A stretch of DNA of 38,405 bases from Candidatus Woesearchaeota archaeon (lineage in GTDB: Archaea; Nanobdellota; Nanobdellia; Pacearchaeales; GW2011-AR1): the NCBI GenBank assembly GCA_964513665.1, contig CAZEOE010000002.1:1-38405 (forward strand). Reading direction: 5' to 3'. How positions within the stretch are numbered: the stretch's first letter is position 1; every line of letters begins with the position of its first letter. Positions 1-7,963 of this stretch are shown piece by piece. Position numbers and translations under genes: made by a program. The notes below the pieces were generated by a model that saw nothing but the letters and a program-made list of their open reading frames with translations, was not told the DNA's origin and did not search any database.

Positions 1-184
1 TGCCTCTGGAAATGTTTATATCCACCATACGGATTGCTTCGTTGGCATCCCATAACCCGTCTTCGTCCCAGTCAACAACAAAGCCCCAGCGGAGGGTTTC
101 TAAAAATCCGCTTGCGCCCTCTCCGTACTGCGAATCGCCGTATTTGAACCATCCATATTGATTGTTGGGTTGCATTTCCGCCAT
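1..184 (-). CDS. tail-tip/fibre protein, N-terminal 61 codons (same ORF as 37636-38405 if the molecule is circular)
   Basis: ATG at 184-182 overlaps the TAA of the tape-measure ORF (TAATG). The frame stays open to position 1. The split codon is completed in frame by 38405-38404 (A|TT). 184 + 770 nt = 318 codons with no stop. Confidence 0.55.
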   Translation of the reverse strand, partial: MAEMQPNNQYGWFKYGDSQYGEGASGFLETLRWGFVVDWDEDGLWDANEAIRMVDINISRG

Positions 185-1959
185 TAGTTCATCACCCCTT
201 TGATTGTGCCGCGTATCTCCATTTCACGCATTGCACCCTCCAGCATGGGGATTAATACATTCTGCGTCTTTTCCTCATCCATGACGGTGACGGGGGAGTT
301 TACCTGTAATACCACGCTATAACTATTCCCGCCCACACCACCGCCTACGGGTTGTGCGTTCTGCCCCTGCGGGATGACGGCAAATCGTTCGCCGCTTGTC
401 AGCATGATTGGATAAGTGTCATTGGGGTATCCGGGCGGCACTTGCTCCCATCCCTCAGTGCCCTTGGAATAACGATTACCGCCGCCGATGGTATCAGGCG
501 CGACAAAATCCCAATTCCCCGTTTTCAGGAGATTGGCGGTGATGGTGATGTTTTTATCTTTCAGGTCGTTGACGGTGTCACGCAGTTCCGCGACTTTTTT
601 AGCGTATTCTTCCGCAGATATTTTCCCATCGTCGTACTCTTTTTTCAGTGCCTGCGTGGCAAGGGCGACGTTATAGGATTCTTCATCCAATATCCCCATC
701 GCCCGTGCAAGTTCCAACTGTGCGGCGGCGTCCAATCCGGCGGACGCCTGTTGGAATATCATTTTATCAATCGCCGTTTGCATCGCGGCGGCGGCGTCAA
801 GTTGCGCCTGTTCGTTGTCTTTGAGTTTCTGCGTTACGTCTAGGATTTTGTCGGATGTGGGTTGCCAGCCCTGCCGTTGGAGTGTTTCAAGTTCGCGTGT
901 TAGATCGGCGTGTTTCACCTGCAAACTTGCCAAAGACGAATCATATTTGTCTGTGGCGTCTTTGATTGTTCCTTGAATGCCCGCCTTGACAGCCTCCATT
1001 GATACGGCGATTTCCTCTGTCGCCGCGCTGAGTTCTTTGGATGCGCCCGCCTGTTGTTGTAATGCCCGCTCCCATGCCAGCCCGTATTGTTCCGCCCGCT
1101 GGTACTCGTCAACCAGTCTTTCCATGTCGGCGCGGTACATATTGTGTTGGGCGCGGGTAAGTACGACCTGCCCCTGAAAACGCGCCAGCAACTCCAAGCC
1201 TAGTTGTAATTCGTCATGATAATCCAATTGCGCGGATAACAACGGGGTGACAGCATCCGCCGCTAAAACCTTGAATGCGTCCGATGCGTTCTTGACGGAC
1301 GATTCCAGCCTCATGAATATACCGATGTTTGAATCGGCGGCATGTCCAACCTTATTTAGTTGTTGCTCTGCCTGTTGTAAAAATGCTTCCTTGAATGCGG
1401 CGTCGGCATCGTATCCAGCCGCCTCCAACGCTTTGACCTTATCCTTGAATCCGTCCACACTTACGCCGAGAGCGTCAAACCTCATGGTTGTCATGTTGGT
1501 CAACGTAAGCACCAACTGATTCATGTTCATGTTCAGACCAGCAGACACCGCTGCAAGGCGCACCGCTTCATCATGGCTTTTTGCCAATCCAAGACTCATA
1601 AAATCAGTCGCGGCGGTCATTAACTCCGTATCCGAATATAGCCCGCGTGTCGCTTTTCGCAGGTCACTTAATAGGGCTTCGGATGTTGTACCAATGGATT
1701 TTGTCAGGTTGTCAAAACGGTCTTCGACAAGTTGCAATTCTGCGCCAGCGCGGGCAACCTCATAGATTTGTTTTGCAACTTCCCACGCTTTTTCCGCGAT
1801 TTGAATCCATGCGTTGAGGGATACCCCCGCCATGCTGGTGGTAGCGGCGGTGGTTTCCTCTGTCGCGGCGGTTATTTCCTCTGTCGCTTTCGCAACTTGT
1901 TTTATAGCCGGACTGGCTTCATCTTTTGCGGTAATGACAACTTCGATTTTACTCGCCAT
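184..1959 (-). CDS. tail tape measure protein
   Basis: 591-aa Ala/Glu/Gln/Leu-rich ORF that looks largely helical. It lies directly after a frameshift-linked chaperone pair and before tail-tip genes. Confidence 0.7.
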   Translation of the reverse strand: MASKIEVVITAKDEASPAIKQVAKATEEITAATEETTAATTSMAGVSLNAWIQIAEKAWEVAKQIYEVARAGAELQLVEDRFDNLTKSIGTTSEALLSDLRKATRGLYSDTELMTAATDFMSLGLAKSHDEAVRLAAVSAGLNMNMNQLVLTLTNMTTMRFDALGVSVDGFKDKVKALEAAGYDADAAFKEAFLQQAEQQLNKVGHAADSNIGIFMRLESSVKNASDAFKVLAADAVTPLLSAQLDYHDELQLGLELLARFQGQVVLTRAQHNMYRADMERLVDEYQRAEQYGLAWERALQQQAGASKELSAATEEIAVSMEAVKAGIQGTIKDATDKYDSSLASLQVKHADLTRELETLQRQGWQPTSDKILDVTQKLKDNEQAQLDAAAAMQTAIDKMIFQQASAGLDAAAQLELARAMGILDEESYNVALATQALKKEYDDGKISAEEYAKKVAELRDTVNDLKDKNITITANLLKTGNWDFVAPDTIGGGNRYSKGTEGWEQVPPGYPNDTYPIMLTSGERFAVIPQGQNAQPVGGGVGGNSYSVVLQVNSPVTVMDEEKTQNVLIPMLEGAMREMEIRGTIKGVMN

Positions 1960-2218
1960 GTTTACTCGCCTTTTTCACGATGTCTAAAACGTCCTGATTG
2001 CGTTTCATCCATTCGCTGTACTGTTTTGGTTTGGTGGGTCTGTGTTTCCACGCCATCAATGCGTCGTAAAACATAAGTGCCAATTTCATGCGCTTATATA
2101 GTCTCAGTGGTTGGTCTTTGAGTCCGCCACTGGCATACGGGACGCCGAGTACCCGCCAATCAATACCGATAACCAACTCAGGCGGCGGGGGTTGTTTTTT
2201 GTTGACACAATCCCACAC
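1949..2218 (-). CDS. tail assembly chaperone, -1 frameshift extension (GT-like C-terminal part)
   Basis: Lies in the -1 frame relative to 2227-2508, and that frame is open from 2272. The slippery CCCAAAC sits just before the upstream stop. Position is between the major tail and tape measure genes. Confidence 0.6.
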   Translation of the reverse strand: MWDCVNKKQPPPPELVIGIDWRVLGVPYASGGLKDQPLRLYKRMKLALMFYDALMAWKHRPTKPKQYSEWMKRNQDVLDIVKKASKHGE

Positions 2219-2226
2219 CGCCCTGA

Positions 2227-2508
2227 TTAGTTTGGGTCGTCGTCGGGGATGGATGTTATCTCTACGACATGCTCATGGATTTTTTTGGTGATCCACAGTA
2301 CTGCTTTGGGTTGCATGTCCCCGACGTCTTTAATGCCCTTCAAAAATCCCGCATCCAGCGCGGCTTTTACCACCGCGCCAGATGCTACCGCGACGCTTGG
2401 ACTATTCCCAGCGTACTCAATCAGTTTGGAGTGATATATCTCAAACTGCGATTGGCTGAAATCAGTCAATTCCGCTTGTACATTCAATTTACTATGCTTT
2501 ATCAGCAT
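2227..2508 (-). CDS. tail assembly chaperone (G-like)
   Basis: 93-aa ORF immediately upstream of the -1 frame ORF and the tape measure gene, which is the canonical G/GT arrangement. Confidence 0.6.
   Translation of the reverse strand: MLIKHSKLNVQAELTDFSQSQFEIYHSKLIEYAGNSPSVAVASGAVVKAALDAGFLKGIKDVGDMQPKAVLWITKKIHEHVVEITSIPDDDPN
2230..2236 (-). promoter_or_regulatory. candidate -1 programmed ribosomal frameshift site C CCA AAC
   Basis: Minus-strand codons read gaC CCA AAC TAA in the zero frame. X XXY YYZ heptamer, 0 nt before the stop. The -1 frame continues into ORF 1949-2218. Confidence 0.55.
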
Positions 2509-2519
2509 GTGTAACCTTT

Positions 2520-3536
2520 CTACGGCATCGCCGCCAATTCATTAACTACAATCAGGTCGAGTTTCTTCGCCGCTTGTGTGTACGCGATGCGGAGCGTTCC
2601 AGTCACGATGTCGTTCCCGTCCTGCTCACCCAACGAGTCGAAACTTTCCCACTTACCGTAGGCGTCAATGATGAACGTTTTGTAGGTGTACGCCCCGGCG
2701 GTGGTCAATGCGCTGCCCTCAAACACAATCCGCACGCGGGTTTCTTCCTGATCTCTCCATACCTCTTTCATCAAACTGGCGCTTGCGTTGTGTTCAAATG
2801 TGATCTGCAATGTACCAGAATCGGCGGCGCGTTTGATGAACGAGAAATCCAAACGACCATCAGCGGTACGAACTGCCTGCCATCCGGTTGTCACGTCAAG
2901 ATTCATCGCCAGTACAGTGTTTGACATGGCAACAAGGTCAGTCGTTGCGACAGTTGCGGCGTCAATGTAAACCGTCGCCTTGCTGAAAAGGATTGTTTCG
3001 ACGGTGGGGATTGCCACGCCTGCGGTGTAAGTGTAATCTCCTTCAACTTCGCGCCCTTCAAACTGCGCGGACACCTGCAATGCCTCTCCCGCTCCGCCGG
3101 AAAGGGAGAACTGCCGGACAAAACAATACCGCATGATCTCTGCTTCGTTGTTGTCTCCGCCTTCGATGACGTAGGTTTGCAAATCAGTGATTTCGATGGG
3201 GTCAGTGGACGCCGCCTGCATGTTATAGGAATAGATATACCCACTCCCATCAACATCAGTTGTCGGGGTCGCTTTGTAAATGCCAGCGTTGAAAATGTGG
3301 GGGAGTTGCTCGAATGTAGCGTCACCCTCCAGCGCGATTTCTCCGCCCGTCATGGCAACGTATGAGCGGGATGTGCCGCCCAAAATGCCGATGTCCTCAA
3401 CTGGGAAGGTCGTTTCCCGATTGTCTACGATTACGCCCGTGCCACGCCACACGGTAGAGGCGATGTCAGTACTACCGCCAGCGGACACCTCTTGCCCTAA
3501 CTGGATGCGGCGCAATGCCTTTACTCCGTTTGTCAT
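2520..3536 (-). CDS. putative major tail (tube) protein
   Basis: 338-aa ORF placed directly upstream of the chaperone pair. Strong SD (GGTGGAGGAAATATAAAATG). The call rests on gene order only. Confidence 0.5.
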   Translation of the reverse strand: MTNGVKALRRIQLGQEVSAGGSTDIASTVWRGTGVIVDNRETTFPVEDIGILGGTSRSYVAMTGGEIALEGDATFEQLPHIFNAGIYKATPTTDVDGSGYIYSYNMQAASTDPIEITDLQTYVIEGGDNNEAEIMRYCFVRQFSLSGGAGEALQVSAQFEGREVEGDYTYTAGVAIPTVETILFSKATVYIDAATVATTDLVAMSNTVLAMNLDVTTGWQAVRTADGRLDFSFIKRAADSGTLQITFEHNASASLMKEVWRDQEETRVRIVFEGSALTTAGAYTYKTFIIDAYGKWESFDSLGEQDGNDIVTGTLRIAYTQAAKKLDLIVVNELAAMP

Positions 3537-3668
3537 TTTATATTTCCTCCACCTTTACGGTTTCCAAACGTTTGGATTTTACAGAGACATACAGACCGCT
3601 TTTTATCAGTCTTTGCCTGCCGTATTTCTCCGCTTCTTTATCGGTCAAATCCCGTGCGGGGACGCCGA

Positions 3669-4523
3669 TTAAAAAACCTTTGCCGATGTATCTAAGCATT
3701 TATCCACCTCCTGCCTCAACTCGTCGTCTATCACATTCCCCATGTGCCTTGTCAGTCGGTCAACGGTTGCCAGTCGCAGACCCAACGTATCAAGGTTTTT
3801 GTCAAACGGTTTTTCGTCCCCCATTGCGACGGCGTCGAATTTATGCGCCTTTGCAATTGTTCCAGCATACCCTATAAACTGGCAATGATGGGCGGTTGCA
3901 TATGCTCTGCGCCCGTTGTATTCGATAAGATAATCCAAGTCGTCTTTTGTGTACCCTGTATGCCATTCGGGGTCTCGCCCAATTGATACGGCAAAATCCC
4001 TTTCCCACTTGTCAGGTATAAATCTCCCTGCCGACATTTTACCACAACTATTACCCCATCTTTTTGTGTTCTCCACGCCCCATCTAAACTGTGTCCTGAC
4101 GGGGTATCCGGTCACGCAAGCGACGTTTGGGAAGTTGTATAACAGGTCTAATTGCGGTTGCAACCAGTTTGGATAATACAGTATATCGTCATCCCCGTAA
4201 CAAAAAACTTTATCTTTTGGTAGCATGCTTGCCAGTGTGTGACGCCCCAGGGTCTTGCCCATGTTCTCGCTTCTGACAAACACGTCAGGTCTGTATTCCT
4301 GCTGTACCCACTCCCGAAACTCATCACATGAACCATTGTCCCAAACGATAACTGTATAATCCCCGCCTGAGTTATCCCGCATTGTCAACAGACTGGTTTG
4401 CACCACTTCCAACCGCTTAGCGTGGTATCCGGTCAGCGTCGGCAGGTGGGTCAGCGCACACAACACAATATTTGTGTACTGGTCTGCGCCCTTGTCCCTG
4501 TTGGGATTGCTGCCGACTCTCAT
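3669..4523 (-). CDS. family-2-like (GT-A fold) glycosyltransferase
   Basis: TVIVWDNGSCDEF near the N-terminus and a YGDDDILYY DxD motif. ATGA-coupled to the upstream ORF. Confidence 0.7.
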   Translation of the reverse strand: MRVGSNPNRDKGADQYTNIVLCALTHLPTLTGYHAKRLEVVQTSLLTMRDNSGGDYTVIVWDNGSCDEFREWVQQEYRPDVFVRSENMGKTLGRHTLASMLPKDKVFCYGDDDILYYPNWLQPQLDLLYNFPNVACVTGYPVRTQFRWGVENTKRWGNSCGKMSAGRFIPDKWERDFAVSIGRDPEWHTGYTKDDLDYLIEYNGRRAYATAHHCQFIGYAGTIAKAHKFDAVAMGDEKPFDKNLDTLGLRLATVDRLTRHMGNVIDDELRQEVDKCLDTSAKVF

Positions 4524-4744
4524 AGCTTTATAACTTTCTTTGTCGGTGGCGGAGTTGGATGCAGTGCCGCGTTTTTTGACAAAAAATCAAGCACAAGAGA
4601 TACAGCCTCTTCTTCGGTCTGTGCGGTTTTATAAACTACACTTACGCCCTGCTCACCTGCGGGAATATGGGCATAATAATTACTGCCAGTTTTTCCAGTA
4701 AATATATTGAACTTCTTTTTTGCTTCTTCTATGTCTATTTTCAT
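4520..4744 (-). CDS. hypothetical protein
   Basis: ATG at 4744 with GGAG 7 nt upstream and an ATGA overlap with the preceding stop. The tool start at 4756 is a TTG. Confidence 0.5.
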   Translation of the reverse strand: MKIDIEEAKKKFNIFTGKTGSNYYAHIPAGEQGVSVVYKTAQTEEEAVSLVLDFLSKNAALHPTPPPTKKVIKL

Positions 4745-5229
4745 TTCATACTCCAAAACTCTGTGACAAGATATTTTGTATGCTCATCATTGCGCTCGAA
4801 CGCTTCGACCAGTTCAAATCTTTTCTTCAATCTCTCCCGTGCGTCGGCAAATTCGGGACGGTTGGCATTGTCCAGCACGATCCATTTCCATGTCAATAGT
4901 GGAGCATGGTCTATCCACACTCCCCGTAGTTCTATCGGTTCGCCGTCAATAAAAAGCAGGTCGCACTCTTCCGCGAAGTATGGCAGGTTGGCAAACATGA
5001 CCTGCACATTATCGGGTTTCTTCTGCATCAGGATTTCATACCAATGCGGGTCTGTCTCGAACGTCAGAACCTTCCGCGCCCGCTCTGCAAACCACAGCGT
5101 TGACCCGCCGCCGCCGAATTCCACAATTGACATGTCGGGAAACACAATACCGGACATGTACTCTATTACGTCCTTGTGTAAATAGGGTATCGGTTTGATG
5201 TTCTTTGGACGTGATTTACTGTGCCACAT
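4741..5229 (-). CDS. class I SAM-dependent methyltransferase-like protein
   Basis: VEFGGGGSTLWF (motif I-like) and DLLFIDGEP. ATG at 5229 preceded by GGAGG; the tool start at 5283 overlaps the upstream gene more deeply. Confidence 0.55.
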   Translation of the reverse strand: MWHSKSRPKNIKPIPYLHKDVIEYMSGIVFPDMSIVEFGGGGSTLWFAERARKVLTFETDPHWYEILMQKKPDNVQVMFANLPYFAEECDLLFIDGEPIELRGVWIDHAPLLTWKWIVLDNANRPEFADARERLKKRFELVEAFERNDEHTKYLVTEFWSMK

Positions 5230-6355
5230 GTAATATCGCCTCCTCAGATTTAGCACCACCCGCCGCCCTGATACCGTCGTCAAGGCGTACCATGTAACGA
5301 TTATTCTCGTTCATTGCGCCCATGTATATTCCAAGTTTATTATTTCCAGCGATGAACCGTGACAACATGCCTTTATACCCTGCCAGTAGTTTGTCACGTT
5401 TGGGACTTTCCTTTGCCGCTTTCAGGACGCTATCATGGTAGATGTCCAACTGTCCTTTGAGTGCTTGTAATTCGTTCTTGATTTTTTCCGTCTCTTGCTG
5501 CAGTCCGGCGGAGTAGTATTCAAACTCCTGACGGGAAAAAACAAAATCATCCGACTGCGCTTTCATGGCGTCCGCTTTTTGGATGTATTTTTTATTTTCC
5601 TGTATCGCACCGTCTACCGCGCCAAGTCTCACAGCGGCGATAATGGTTGAGTTCACCCCTTCCAAAACCGCCTTAGTGTTATCCATGTGGCGCAGTTTGT
5701 CCACTTCGATTTCAAGTTTTTTCATCTCGCTGATAAACTCGGTTTCGTCCCGCTTTTCTTCCAGTTCCGTCACTCTTGCGCCGAATTCGTCGTAAGGTAC
5801 GAACACCTCACCCTCATACCCGTATAGTGGAGCGTTGAACATGTCCGAATGCAAGTCGACATCAATCCCCCTGCCAACTGCCACGCCCAACCAGTATTTG
5901 AAATTTGCCTGCTGGTAATGGTACTCTGTATTGCTTGCCAATTCCACGCCGTAAATCTCAATGCGTTTGTATCCGAGATAGATCGCATATGCCAACGCCC
6001 AAGCGGGGGAGCAGGACACCTCACGAATCAATTCGCCGTTCTGCCGTGCGTTTGGCAACATGGATAAAATCTCATCCTTCGGGAATTGTACCGAATTTGG
6101 TACGTCGTCATATTTTTCCTGCATGAATACAGGCGGGGTGTTTCCAGACTTCAACCATTCGTAATGCTTCGGGTCGTTTCTGTTGTTGGGGTTTCTCCAT
6201 ATGGTCGGGATGTGGAGTTGGAATACACCGTCTGCGCGCTTCGCCCAAGATTGTGACATTGCTTCGTTGAATATCCACACATCAACATCACGATTAAAAT
6301 CGAATAACCCGCGCGTGCGGGGGTGACTGCCCATTATTACCAATGTATCTTTCAT
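5216..6355 (-). CDS. hypothetical protein (Rossmann-like N-terminal part, C-terminal coiled coil) within the glycosylation island
   Basis: 379-aa uninterrupted ORF co-oriented and tightly packed with the glycosyltransferase and methyltransferase genes. No family recognised with certainty. Confidence 0.55.
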   Translation of the reverse strand: MKDTLVIMGSHPRTRGLFDFNRDVDVWIFNEAMSQSWAKRADGVFQLHIPTIWRNPNNRNDPKHYEWLKSGNTPPVFMQEKYDDVPNSVQFPKDEILSMLPNARQNGELIREVSCSPAWALAYAIYLGYKRIEIYGVELASNTEYHYQQANFKYWLGVAVGRGIDVDLHSDMFNAPLYGYEGEVFVPYDEFGARVTELEEKRDETEFISEMKKLEIEVDKLRHMDNTKAVLEGVNSTIIAAVRLGAVDGAIQENKKYIQKADAMKAQSDDFVFSRQEFEYYSAGLQQETEKIKNELQALKGQLDIYHDSVLKAAKESPKRDKLLAGYKGMLSRFIAGNNKLGIYMGAMNENNRYMVRLDDGIRAAGGAKSEEAILHVAQ

Positions 6356-6374
6356 GCGGGGGATCGCTTTCTGC

Positions 6375-6791
6375 CTATGATAAAGGCGACGTTAATTCCT
6401 TGAATTGGACAACAAAACTAAGCATTTGAGTTTCGACACTGTCCCACTGAGCAGGGGAAACTGTAAACGTGACGGGGAAGATAATCGTATCAACCGCACC
6501 GCCAAGCGTCGGGTCGTTTGCCAGTCGGCGGAGATACTCAACCGCAAACAGGTCTATCTTTTGATATGCGTCTTTGATGGACACTCTGGAAAAATGCACG
6601 TCCACATTTGCGGTGACAAGCAACCTTACATCTGTGGCGGTATCCGCCTGTCCTGACCCTTCCGTAAGATGGGCGATGGACAAAGGCAACATACTCGCGT
6701 CACTGATTGGATGGTCGGGCGCGAGTCTTATCACTACGGATGTACACGCTTTCGCGATGGTCTGCAATCGTGCCAATGCGTTATCTATCAT
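6375..6791 (-). CDS. hypothetical head-tail joining protein
   Basis: 138-aa ORF, ATGA-coupled to 6788-7414. Call rests on position in the connector region. Confidence 0.45.
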   Translation of the reverse strand: MIDNALARLQTIAKACTSVVIRLAPDHPISDASMLPLSIAHLTEGSGQADTATDVRLLVTANVDVHFSRVSIKDAYQKIDLFAVEYLRRLANDPTLGGAVDTIIFPVTFTVSPAQWDSVETQMLSFVVQFKELTSPLS

Positions 6792-7414
6792 AGATTTTCC
6801 ATGACGTATTTTTTGAGCAGTGTTTTTATATCGGGGTCAAGTTCCTGAACGTAAAACAACTGCCCGATTTCGGGATTAGCGCCTGCGTCAGCATAGGCGG
6901 ATTTCGCCCGTTGCATGTGACGTAGGGTCATCACGATACACGCCTGTTTTACGTCGGCAGGCGGGGTCAGTGAGTACCCGAATATTCCCGTCACCCTGAC
7001 CGCTTTGTGGAAGTTCGGGAACGCCAGTCTGTCCCCGTTCAACATGTCCACGACTATCTTTTTGTATGGTTTGCCTTTTGTTGCGGCGTTGTAGGGGTGA
7101 TAATAATAATCCGATGAACTCCAGACGACGTAACCCGTTGAAGACACCTGCCCGTCTTCTGATACTGCCAATTCGGTAACAGATAGGAAGTCATCTATGG
7201 ATAACTCAAAGTCGTTGTTCCCGTCGTAGTATCGAATTACGGGGTCTGTACTGGGATAAAAATAATTGTCCTGTTGCCCCAAGTACCCATCAACAGCACG
7301 ACTGGCAGATGTAATCAAAGTGCCTATGAGGGCGTCATAGGTTGAGTCCGTGCTACTGCCTAGCGATTCGGGCAGATTGGATTTTACTTCCGCGAGTGTA
7401 CAGTAATCAGCCAT
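6788..7414 (-). CDS. head-tail connector/adaptor-like protein
   Basis: The N-terminus MADYCTLAEVKSNLPE resembles gp6-type head-tail adaptors. Position is after the capsid genes. Confidence 0.5.
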   Translation of the reverse strand: MADYCTLAEVKSNLPESLGSSTDSTYDALIGTLITSASRAVDGYLGQQDNYFYPSTDPVIRYYDGNNDFELSIDDFLSVTELAVSEDGQVSSTGYVVWSSSDYYYHPYNAATKGKPYKKIVVDMLNGDRLAFPNFHKAVRVTGIFGYSLTPPADVKQACIVMTLRHMQRAKSAYADAGANPEIGQLFYVQELDPDIKTLLKKYVMENL

Positions 7415-7422
7415 AAGAGTTG

Positions 7423-7446
7423 GGGCGGGTTGTTACGCCCGCCCCG
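7423..7446 (-). terminator. GC-rich stem-loop between structural genes (possible partial terminator or RNA stabiliser)
   Basis: GGGGCGGG (7423-7430) pairs with CCCGCCCC (7439-7446) across an 8-nt loop. It lies in the 38-nt gap after the 7453 stop. The U-tract is weak on the minus strand. Confidence 0.35.
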
Positions 7447-7452
7447 ATTTTG

Positions 7453-7956
7453 TTACGAACTGGACGGTTGAGCGTTGCCAGCATAGCGCGGGGTAAAGCG
7501 TGCTACCGCGCCAAAGACGGTTGAGGTGATCTCCGCCGTCGGGGTGACAACACCGCGAACGTACTTGTACCCATCATTCGCAAGGTCGGACGGGTCAACA
7601 TACGCCAGCAGAGTGACATTATCCACCGTGTTGACGATGGTTGCGCCCGCTGTGGTTGCGGCGGTGATCGCGCCCATTGTGTCCGTGCCAACAGCACCGG
7701 ACAGGCGATAACGGAAAGCGATTGCCGCTTCGGAACTATCCGAAGATGACGTATCATTGACCGCGTTTGCCTCAATGGTGACAACCACTTCGCCCGTTGA
7801 GTCAGTGGACGTAATCAAACCGAAATTGAATTCGAGTTCGAGCAGTCCCGCCACGTCTTTGAGGGCGACGTAGTTTGTAGCGGTTGCGGTTGCAACGATG
7901 TCGGCAGAACCCATAAGCGGGACTACCTTGATTTGTTCAGCAAAGTTAATCATCAT
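7453..7956 (-). CDS. virion structural protein (head decoration or similar)
   Basis: 167-aa Thr/Ala/Val-rich ORF 7 nt downstream of the capsid gene and followed by a stem-loop. Confidence 0.45.
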   Translation of the reverse strand: MMINFAEQIKVVPLMGSADIVATATATNYVALKDVAGLLELEFNFGLITSTDSTGEVVVTIEANAVNDTSSSDSSEAAIAFRYRLSGAVGTDTMGAITAATTAGATIVNTVDNVTLLAYVDPSDLANDGYKYVRGVVTPTAEITSTVFGAVARFTPRYAGNAQPSSS

Positions 7957-7963
7957 ATCCTCC

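Noticed and set aside
3538-3648. 36-aa TTG-initiated ORF (MTDKEAEKYGRQRLIKSGLYVSVKSKRLETVKVEEI) in the gap before the major tail gene
   Set aside because: It is plausible in composition, but it has a non-ATG start, a weak SD and no way to test conservation here, so it is not listed as a feature.
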